A stretch of 35,766 nt of DNA. Origin: a virus (taxonomy: Duplodnaviria; Caudoviricetes). Where the stretch lies: positions 1 to 35,766 of IMG/VR virus record IMGVR_UViG_3300022666_000344; one strand, written 5' to 3'. Position 1 is the first letter of the stretch; every line of letters begins with the position of its first letter. This document shows, piece after piece, positions 1 to 6,655 of the stretch. The position numbers and the translations under genes are program-made. The notes below the pieces were generated by a model that searched no databases, had not been told where the DNA came from, and worked only from the letters and a program-made list of their open reading frames with translations.

Positions 1-42
1 TTAACCACCAGGTCCGAGGTTCGAGTCCTCGAGGGGGAGCCA
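1..42 (+). tRNA. 3' half of a tRNA, probably tRNA-Asn(GTT); phage attachment site (5' half outside the window)
   Basis: Anticodon-loop end TTAA, stem CCACC (5-9), variable loop AGGTC, T-arm CGAGG-TTCGAGT-CCTCG (15-31), acceptor strand AGGGGGA, discriminator G39, CCA (40-42). The xTT anticodon with a ...GGAGCCA end fits Asn. Confidence 0.85.
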
Positions 43-1713
43 TTTTGGACGACCATGCGCAACAAGCGCTTGATCGTTAACATCAGCCCCGTTTCGGAGT
101 AATTCCGGAGCGGGGTTTTTGTTTTTTACGGCGGTTTTGTTGTGATCGCAGTCGTGGATATCGGCCTGCAGGGTTTGTTCAGGATCGCCCAAGTACATCC
201 GCAGGTCAATTACGTCGCTATGGATGGTTATCTCTTTTATAAGGGCGAATATGAGGCTTTTCTGGGCATCCGCGGGGGCTTTGTCGAGGTATTCCAAGGC
301 GAACTGCAGGGTTTCGTGGAGGTAATTGGCCGAGTTGGCCGTCATGTCGTTAGCCGTTTTTTGTGTCCGCAGTTTGGTTAATTTGTCCTCGAGCATTATG
401 ATTTCGTTATCTATTTCCGACATCTTTGTTTTATAAGCCGGGCCTTGTGTTACGGTGCCGGTCATAGCCAGATCCAGCAGGGTCTTGGCTTCATGCTGAC
501 ATTCGTTCAGCTTGGCTTCGGTTTCCGCGATCATGGTGTCGATGCGCCCGGACATCAGCTGGGCTTCGCGCATGGCATCGCCTATGCCTTTGATGATGAT
601 CTCCCTGTTCTGGGAGGCTTTCCGGAAGTATCCGATCAGTGCCCGGTCAAAGACCGGGGCCGGGATGCCCAGTTCGTTGCATCCGAGTTTTTGTTTCGAC
701 CTGCCGCAGATATAGTAATGAAACTTCTTTCCATCCCGCCCTTTGTTGGAGGCCGATATCAGGTGGCTTCCGCATTTCCCGCACTTGAGCAGTCCGCTCA
801 ATAAATAATTATAGGTTTTCGGTCTTCTGCTGAATCCATGGCCGGGCAGTTTTGCTTTGACGATTCTATTGGCTTTCTCCCAGATCGCCGGTTCGATCAT
901 GGCTTCGTGGTTTCCTTTGTGAAGTTCATTCGCGTAGAGGATGTACCCTTTATAAAAAGGGTTTTTGATGACGGATGACAATGTCTGTTTGCGCCAGACT
1001 TTGCCGCGGCAGGTTCGTACGTTTTGCCGTTCCAGTTCTTGGCCGATCTCCATGAGCGATTTGTTGTTTGCGGCCATTTCCCAGATGATCCTGAGTTTCG
1101 GCGCGAGTTCCGGATCCAGAACAACTTTGTGAGGTTGTCTGCCGTTGGGCAGGCGCTCGCCGTCTTTTTCCAGTTTATAACCGTGCGCCAAGAAACCGCC
1201 GACCCATTTGCCTTGGCGTACGCGGGCGATCGCGGAGGCTTTCACGCGTTCGCCGGTCAGCTCACGTTCGAACGCGGAGAGGATGCCGAGTATTCCTATA
1301 ACTACGCGGCCGATCGCGGTGGAGCTGTCGAGGTTTTCTCTTACCGAAATAAAATCGACTTCTTTTTCGCGGAATAAATCGATGAGGGAATAGAGGTCGC
1401 GCGTGTTGCGTGTGAGACGGTCGAGCCGGAAGAATATTATGCCGTCGATTTTCTTCTGCCGGACGTTCTCAAGGATCGTCTGTATTCCCGGACGGTTCAA
1501 ATCTTTTCCGGAATAGCCGTCATCGTTGATTATTCCGTTCTTGCCGATATCTCCCAATTCATAGCCGAACGCATCGAGCATGTTTTTGCAGTGATGCGCT
1601 TGCGCGTCCAGTGTCGTGAAATCGCCCTGTGCCTGATCATCGGTCGAGCATCGGGTGTAAATCACGAATCGTTTCTTTTCTTTCGATCTAATTATTTTTG
1701 TCATGTTGGTCAT
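1..1713 (-). CDS. Large serine recombinase (phage integrase)
   Basis: Resolvase catalytic motif YTRCST, DDGYSGKDLNRP, RLDRLTR; recombinase domain; zinc ribbon CGKCG...YYIC...C; coiled coil. The last 14 codons overlap the tRNA antisense. Confidence 0.95.
   Translation of the reverse strand: MTNMTKIIRSKEKKRFVIYTRCSTDDQAQGDFTTLDAQAHHCKNMLDAFGYELGDIGKNGIINDDGYSGKDLNRPGIQTILENVRQKKIDGIIFFRLDRLTRNTRDLYSLIDLFREKEVDFISVRENLDSSTAIGRVVIGILGILSAFERELTGERVKASAIARVRQGKWVGGFLAHGYKLEKDGERLPNGRQPHKVVLDPELAPKLRIIWEMAANNKSLMEIGQELERQNVRTCRGKVWRKQTLSSVIKNPFYKGYILYANELHKGNHEAMIEPAIWEKANRIVKAKLPGHGFSRRPKTYNYLLSGLLKCGKCGSHLISASNKGRDGKKFHYYICGRSKQKLGCNELGIPAPVFDRALIGYFRKASQNREIIIKGIGDAMREAQLMSGRIDTMIAETEAKLNECQHEAKTLLDLAMTGTVTQGPAYKTKMSEIDNEIIMLEDKLTKLRTQKTANDMTANSANYLHETLQFALEYLDKAPADAQKSLIFALIKEITIHSDVIDLRMYLGDPEQTLQADIHDCDHNKTAVKNKNPAPELLRNGADVNDQALVAHGRPKWLPLEDSNLGPGG
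86..127 (+). terminator. Intrinsic terminator downstream of the tRNA, inside the integrase ORF on the opposite strand
   Basis: GC-rich hairpin GCCCCGTTTCGGAG-TAA-TTCCGGAGCGGGGT followed by TTTTGTTTTTT. Confidence 0.75.
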
Positions 1714-1741
1714 TCAAACTCGTTTTTTGCATTGTGACCCA

Positions 1742-1770
1742 ACCCTATAATGGAAGCTGTCACAAGTCAA
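1742..1770 (-). promoter_or_regulatory. Candidate sigma70-type promoter for the integrase
   Basis: Minus strand TTGACT-17 nt-TAGGGT about 30 nt before the integrase ATG; overlapped by the inverted repeat TTGTGAC (1732-1738) / GTCACAA (1759-1765). Confidence 0.4.
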
Positions 1771-1826
1771 GCTATTACAACATCTTAGAGCCTCTCTGCG
1801 CGGAGATCGCAGACTCTTGCTCCTTT

Positions 1827-1919
1827 GGCTATATACGTCGATTTCCGGCAATGTGACGGAAATTTTTTGTCTTTTTGAACTTTTTTTCGGCAGTTTTACG
1901 GAAGTCGACGTATGTAGCC
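1827..1919. promoter_or_regulatory. Divergent pair of near-identical elements (21-bp inverted repeat), candidate promoters for the phage sigma factor
   Basis: Reverse complement of 1827-1847 is CGGAAATCGACGTATATAGCC; 1899-1919 is CGGAAGTCGACGTATGTAGCC (19/21 identical). Each copy has CG(T/G)CA 16 nt before CGTAT. Confidence 0.6.
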
Positions 1920-1935
1920 GGTAGAGGAGAGTTTG

Positions 1936-2151
1936 ATGGGCGCAAGGCAAATATCCAATTTCGAAAAACGGTTTAAGCGGGGATTCAATGTCATTTATCC
2001 GGACAAGCCATTGGAAGGTGTTGCCCGGACAATGCAGAACAAGAAGATCCTTGAAGCCGTCAAAGCCGTTCTAACTGGAATATTAAAACGAGAGCCGACG
2101 CCTGATGAACTATCGGGATGCAAGCCAATTACACGATCGAACAGACCATAA
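1936..2151 (+). CDS. Small hypothetical protein, candidate recombination directionality factor by position
   Basis: GAGGAG RBS before ATG 1936; first gene divergent from the serine integrase. The function is inferred from position only. Confidence 0.55.
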   Translation: MGARQISNFEKRFKRGFNVIYPDKPLEGVARTMQNKKILEAVKAVLTGILKREPTPDELSGCKPITRSNRP

Positions 2152-2211
2152 AGTGGTCAACGGAATTCATGAGGCTAATTTCCGGACACTGCCTAACAAA
2201 GGGGTGTCCCT

Positions 2212-2784
2212 ATTAGTCAAAACTATCGCGATTTATTTGAGGAGTGGGAGTTACGAGAGGTTCGTTGCTTGATCAAGGATGCTCAGCGCGAGTACGCCTT
2301 TTTGAAGAACGAGAGCTTCGACGATCTTCTGCAGGAATGTTTGATTTACTGGTTTTTCGTCAAAGACCAGTACCGGCCGGAAGCCGGAGCATCACGGCGC
2401 ACATTTTTGAACAGGATCACGCGCAATAAGCTGGCGGATATGGCGAGGTTTGAAGGGCGCAATAAACGAAGGGTTTTCTCAATCAGCGAGTCGCTCGATG
2501 CGATGGACAGCGACGAGGAATTAATCGGGAAAAAGGAGAGGATTCTGATGGTGGAAGAGCAGACGATCTCAAAAATTACGGCGGCGGATCTTCCGGATGC
2601 GATGGCCCGGGCAACCGCAGGCCTGTCGTTCAGGCAAAAACAGCTTTGCCGGTATTTGTCGGAAGGGATGAGTCTTGTGAAGGCTGGCGAAAAGATGGGC
2701 ATCCCGCGGACGACGCTTCAGGAGGAAGTTAAGCGCATCCGCGAAGCGTTTCGTAAAGAGGGGCTTGAAGAATATCTGAGGTAA
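2212..2784 (+). CDS. ECF-like sigma-70 family factor (possible ATT start at 2212, alternatively TTG 2269)
   Basis: Region-2-like DDLLQECLIYWF...FLNRITRNKLADMAR and region-4 HTH LSFRQKQLCRYLSEGMSLVKAGEKMGIPRTTLQEEVKRIR. Confidence 0.8.
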   Translation: MSQNYRDLFEEWELREVRCLIKDAQREYAFLKNESFDDLLQECLIYWFFVKDQYRPEAGASRRTFLNRITRNKLADMARFEGRNKRRVFSISESLDAMDSDEELIGKKERILMVEEQTISKITAADLPDAMARATAGLSFRQKQLCRYLSEGMSLVKAGEKMGIPRTTLQEEVKRIREAFRKEGLEEYLR

Positions 2785-2802
2785 TCAGAGAGGAGGAATT
2801 GC

Positions 2803-3096
2803 ATGGAGTTCGTTTATAAGTTCGAGTTCGATGAAAGGATCGATAAACAGCTGATTCAGGATCAGATGGAATCGGCGATGCGCGCGGCGCGCGGGGTGTT
2901 CGGGAAAGCCCGGGTCAAGATGGACGGGTCGTTTCTCTTGTCCGGCCATCGCGTGATCATTCATGTAACTGATGACGTCGGCGCGCTTCTGGCCAGTGTC
3001 TTTACCGAATGCGCGACCGAGAAGATCGGTGAGGACTTTTTTATCGTTGAAAGAGTTCCAAAGAGCAAGGAAAGGAGACCGGATGAGAGTCAATAA
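2803..3096 (+). CDS. Hypothetical protein following the sigma factor
   Basis: Strong GAGGAGG RBS; 97-aa ORF tightly packed in the operon. Confidence 0.75.
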   Translation: MEFVYKFEFDERIDKQLIQDQMESAMRAARGVFGKARVKMDGSFLLSGHRVIIHVTDDVGALLASVFTECATEKIGEDFFIVERVPKSKERRPDESQ

Positions 3097-3400
3097 GGGA
3101 TGGAAAGAAATCTATAAAAATCTGAGCTGGTATAACCGGCGCAAGCTTGTTGAAGCCAACCGGCCCTTCGGCAAGGATCCGAAAGAGTTCAGGGAAACAA
3201 TGATGTGGCTTTTGGCGGGCTTGTCGATCTTCGGTGTTGTTTTGAACGTGCATAAAGACCCGGCCGGGTTTCTGGTGTGGATGTTTACGAACGCTTGCTG
3301 GGCAGTGATCGATTTTAGAAAACGTTTATATGCTCAGGCGTTCTTGTTCGTTGTGTACTTTTTCTTGGCCTTGTGGGGTTGGATCAGCTGGGCAAGATGA
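3083..3400 (+). CDS. Small membrane protein, PnuC/SemiSWEET-like 3-TM unit
   Basis: AAGGAG RBS before ATG 3083; three hydrophobic segments with GFLVWMFTN and YFFLALWGWISW, resembling PnuC C-terminal halves. Confidence 0.6.
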   Translation: MRVNKGWKEIYKNLSWYNRRKLVEANRPFGKDPKEFRETMMWLLAGLSIFGVVLNVHKDPAGFLVWMFTNACWAVIDFRKRLYAQAFLFVVYFFLALWGWISWAR

Positions 3401-3421
3401 ATTGGTCGGGAGGTGAGATAA

Positions 3422-3670
3422 ATGGAGATGAATGAGCCGGTAGACAAATTTTTATCAAAAGAAGAACAACTCTTGCGCTGGTGCAGGCAGAAAAAGACTT
3501 TCTCAAAGGCCGAGGCCATATCTTTTGGCACTAATAATTATTATTTACGGGCCGAGAGAACGATCAGGGATTTTGTTCTGCAAGGCATCGTGAGGAAGAT
3601 CGGCAAGGATGAATGCATCCGGCGAAACCTCAAGGGCAACATGTCTTGGTATGAAGTTGTTTCTTCTTGA
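3422..3670 (+). CDS. Hypothetical protein (possible winged-helix fold)
   Basis: GGAGGTG RBS; 82 aa; the fold is a guess from the helical pattern. Confidence 0.65.
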   Translation: MEMNEPVDKFLSKEEQLLRWCRQKKTFSKAEAISFGTNNYYLRAERTIRDFVLQGIVRKIGKDECIRRNLKGNMSWYEVVSS

Positions 3671-3681
3671 GAAGGTTTTTC

Positions 3682-4485
3682 ATGGGAAATATCGATATCA
3701 GGGATTTACGAGATGGGAAATTTCTATGGATAGACAAAGCCGCTTTGAATCTGGTCAGCGCGAAGGCCGGTAACCGCGGAGTCGCGGTCTATTCGTGGCT
3801 GTGTTATTACGCCAACGCCAAGAATCAAAACTGCTTTCCGTCCTTGCGGACGCTTGCCCATAACTGCAATGTCAGCCGAAGGACGATCATGCGTACGGTC
3901 AAAGTTCTTGAGAAGATCGAGATTGTTTCGATTGAACGAAAAAAGGGAAAGCCGAATGTTTATAAATTGCTCAATTCGCCTGTGGATAAAAGTAGTGACA
4001 CCGTTGTCACCGGTGTCACGCATGGCACCGGAGTAGTGACAGCGGTGTCACCACCTCTGGTGTCATCAGTGTCACCCAAACAAGAATTAAATGATCAAAA
4101 AGAAACGAACAAAACAGACGTTTGTTTGCCGGAGCTGTGGATAACTTCCAGTTTACCGTACGGACAGCCGGGCAAGGAGCAGGTAACGGAACTGGCTTCA
4201 TGGTGCGAGAGGCTTTTAGGGGAGGTTAATTTATACCGGTTGCTTATAGATTACCGCAAGGACAAAGGCTACCCACCCAAGCCGGAGGTAGTCATTGCTC
4301 TATGCAAGCAGTTTATGCAGGGGAAAGCCCGGGTGAAGAACGCTTGGGGCTGGTTTAAGAAGGCAATCGATGGGCAAATGAAGCAGGTCTTGATGGATAT
4401 AAGACTGATGGAGCATGAAAGACTCAAGAAAGAACCGGCTAACATCGGGCAGTTGCTGTCGCAGATCATGCCGCGCCGTGAATAG
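3682..4485 (+). CDS. HTH-domain phage replication initiator (replisome-organiser/O-like)
   Basis: N-terminal wHTH CFPSLRTLAHNCNVSRRTIMRTVKVLEK...NVYKL, then a Thr/Val/Ser linker encoded by iteron-like repeats. Confidence 0.75.
   Translation: MGNIDIRDLRDGKFLWIDKAALNLVSAKAGNRGVAVYSWLCYYANAKNQNCFPSLRTLAHNCNVSRRTIMRTVKVLEKIEIVSIERKKGKPNVYKLLNSPVDKSSDTVVTGVTHGTGVVTAVSPPLVSSVSPKQELNDQKETNKTDVCLPELWITSSLPYGQPGKEQVTELASWCERLLGEVNLYRLLIDYRKDKGYPPKPEVVIALCKQFMQGKARVKNAWGWFKKAIDGQMKQVLMDIRLMEHERLKKEPANIGQLLSQIMPRRE
3981..4144. repeat. Putative phage replication origin: four palindromic iterons, an A-rich tract and two DnaA boxes
   Basis: TGTGGATAA (reverse complement of TTATCCACA) at 3981-3989 and 4136-4144; GTGNCA-N4-TGNCAC at 3995-4010, 4013-4028, 4036-4051 and 4060-4075; A-rich stretch about 4077-4118. 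Confidence 0.75.
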
Positions 4486-4486
4486 G

Positions 4487-4715
4487 TTTACGGGTCCTTG
4501 GAAGGGGGTGTCGGGCGAGGGTCGGGCGAGGCGCGAGCCTTCAGTGATGATGGGTAAAAAAATCGATGTCCATGTCCATCACTTTTGGGATTTTGCACAT
4601 CTGGGGTAAAAACGGCCAAACGGCCTGTTTTCGTCGGGGATACGGGCTTTTCTTGATTAAAAGACACGTCTGCAAGGGGTTCAAAAAGGGCATTTTGATG
4701 GACATGAGCGGACAT
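4487..4715 (+). other. Putative cos packaging region (cosQ-like site, GC-rich cosN candidate, cosB-like repeats)
   Basis: TTTACGGGTCCTT contains the lambda cosQ heptamer GGGTCCT (4492-4498); tandem GTCGGGCGAGG x2 (4510-4531); inverted repeat CATGTCCATCA (4571-4581) / TGATGGACATG (4696-4706); lies upstream of the packaging genes. Confidence 0.6.
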
Positions 4716-4731
4716 AAAAAAGGAGAAAATC

Positions 4732-6036
4732 GTGGCAAAAATCAATGTTAAACCGGAAATTGCCGAGGTCAGGGTGGAGGACTTAAAACCGGCACCGTAT
4801 AACCCCCGGGAAATAACCGAGCCTGCCTATGCGGGGCTTAAGCACAGCTTGGAGAAGTTCGGGTATGTGGATCTGTTGATCGTTAATAAACGGAACATGC
4901 GGATTGTGTCCGGGCATCAGCGGTACAAGGTCTTGCAGTCTGACGGGGTGGAAAAGGTCGATGTCATCATGGTCGATCTGGACGAAATCCAAGAGCAGGC
5001 CATGAACGTGACGCTTAATAACAGCGAGATTGCTGGTCAATGGACTGCCGCGCTGATCCCGCTTTTGGAGAGGTTGAGAAAAGAAGCTGGTGATGATTAC
5101 CTCAACTTGCGGCTTCAAAGTCTGCGGGAGAGTGTCGGGGACATGGGTGTCGAGAATCTGGGAAGCGGAAAGACGCTTCCGGATGATATCCCGGAGCCGC
5201 CCGAAAAGCCGATCACCAAGAAGGGCGACCTGTGGATTCTTGGCGAACACCGGCTTTTGTGCGGGGATTCTACCAGCGAGGCAGATGTCGCGCGGCTTAT
5301 GGATGGTCGCAAGGCAAGTTTACTGGCAACCGACCCGCCGTACTGCGTGGATTATACCGGTGCCGATCGGCCGAACGGCGGCCGGGACTGGTCGAATGTT
5401 TATCATGAGATTGATATTCCGGACGCGGTGGATTTCATGCGCAAGTTTTTGACCGTGGGCCTTGGGTTTATCAAAGAAAAGACCGCGCTTTATATGTGGC
5501 ATGCCTCAAAGCGGCGCGCGGATATTGAGGGCCTCTGCAAAGAGATCGGTATTCTGATTCATCAGGAAATCGTCTGGGTCAAGCCGTGCGTCATTTTGAC
5601 CTATTCGTTTTATTCGTGGAGACATGAGCCGTGCCTTTTGATGTGGGTCAAAGGCCATAAGCCGGAGTATAAGCCGAAAAACAAGGCGATCGGCAGTGTC
5701 TGGACGGTTGGATTCTTAAGGACGGGCGATCCTGAAACGCCTGAGTATCACACTGATGTTTGGGAGCTGGACTGGGAAGGCAAAAAGCGCAACCCGGGCC
5801 TTGATCATCCGACCGTAAAGCCGACCGAGGTCTTTGCCATACCCATGCGGGTTCACACGACACCCGGGGATGTTTGTTATGAGCCATTTTCCGGTTCGGG
5901 ATCGCAAATTATCGCTGGCGAGAGGCTGAACCGAAGGGTGTTTGCCATGGAGATCGAGCCGGTCTTCTGTGACGTGGCGGTCAGGCGCTGGGAGGAATTT
6001 TCAGGGAAAAAAGCGATAAGGGATAGTAATGGATGA
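4732..6036 (+). CDS. ParB N-terminal domain fused to a beta-class N6A/N4C DNA methyltransferase
   Basis: ParB motifs PAPYNPR and IVSGHQR; MTase motif IV TDPPY, HPTVKP, motif I EPFSGSG; GTG start with AAGGAG RBS. Confidence 0.9.
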   Translation: MAKINVKPEIAEVRVEDLKPAPYNPREITEPAYAGLKHSLEKFGYVDLLIVNKRNMRIVSGHQRYKVLQSDGVEKVDVIMVDLDEIQEQAMNVTLNNSEIAGQWTAALIPLLERLRKEAGDDYLNLRLQSLRESVGDMGVENLGSGKTLPDDIPEPPEKPITKKGDLWILGEHRLLCGDSTSEADVARLMDGRKASLLATDPPYCVDYTGADRPNGGRDWSNVYHEIDIPDAVDFMRKFLTVGLGFIKEKTALYMWHASKRRADIEGLCKEIGILIHQEIVWVKPCVILTYSFYSWRHEPCLLMWVKGHKPEYKPKNKAIGSVWTVGFLRTGDPETPEYHTDVWELDWEGKKRNPGLDHPTVKPTEVFAIPMRVHTTPGDVCYEPFSGSGSQIIAGERLNRRVFAMEIEPVFCDVAVRRWEEFSGKKAIRDSNG

Positions 6037-6655
6037 AAAGAACCGCAACCTTGTTGAGATCGCAAAAAAGAAACGCTACATCGCCCTTGTCGAAAAACTG
6101 GGGCGCGGTTCGCTGTCGTCCAAGGAGCTTAAAGAGCTTGAGGAGTTCGAGAAATCCGAACAGCGGCCAGCGGGGGTTATCGATGGAACAGTAGATCTGC
6201 CGACCTTGTGTGTTTATCTCGAGAAATCCCCGCGGATGATCAGGCGGTATGTCCAGCAGGGCATGCCGGTCTTCAGGGATGCGGTCGGTGAGATCGCGCG
6301 GTTTAAGGTCGGGGATGTCTTCAAGTGGTTCTATAAAAAGCAGGGATCGGAAGAGGACAACGGCAAGGATTACTGGGACAAAGAATACCGCAAGAACCGC
6401 GCGAAGCTGAGTGAGATCGAGTTAAAGCAGAAAGAAGGGGAGGTCATCCCTTTCGAGGATCACGTTTCGATTGTCAAAAACCAGATCCGGGGTATCAAGG
6501 CCGGATTCCTTCGTTTGCCGAAGCACATTGCGCCGAAACTTTATCAGCAGGATCCGAAGGTTATCTGTGAAATGCTTGATCAGGAGATCAGGTACATCAT
6601 TGAACAATTTGCGGGGAAGCAGAATGTCAATAAAGCTGGGAAGGGAAATCCTTAA
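6029..6655 (+). CDS. Terminase small subunit (Nu1-like)
   Basis: wHTH-like SPRMIRRYVQQGMP...W and coiled coil RAKLSEIELKQKEGEVI; directly upstream of the large subunit. Confidence 0.8.
   Translation: MDEKNRNLVEIAKKKRYIALVEKLGRGSLSSKELKELEEFEKSEQRPAGVIDGTVDLPTLCVYLEKSPRMIRRYVQQGMPVFRDAVGEIARFKVGDVFKWFYKKQGSEEDNGKDYWDKEYRKNRAKLSEIELKQKEGEVIPFEDHVSIVKNQIRGIKAGFLRLPKHIAPKLYQQDPKVICEMLDQEIRYIIEQFAGKQNVNKAGKGNP

Noticed and set aside
1714-1950. 78-aa minus-strand ORF as a possible repressor
   Set aside because: No HTH pattern, and it runs across the inverted-repeat/promoter region.
3083-3400. Functional NAD link between the PnuC-like protein and the SIR2 protein
   Set aside because: The genes are 31 kb apart in different modules, no NAD salvage enzymes are present, and the transporter call is itself tentative.
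3991-4076. CRISPR-like or mini-array reading of the GTGTCAC repeats
   Set aside because: Units are short palindromes without unique spacers, inside an initiator ORF; iterons explain them better.
4415-4751. Short ORFs between the initiator and the ParB-methylase
   Set aside because: No convincing RBS or motifs; the region is better explained as cos and regulatory DNA.
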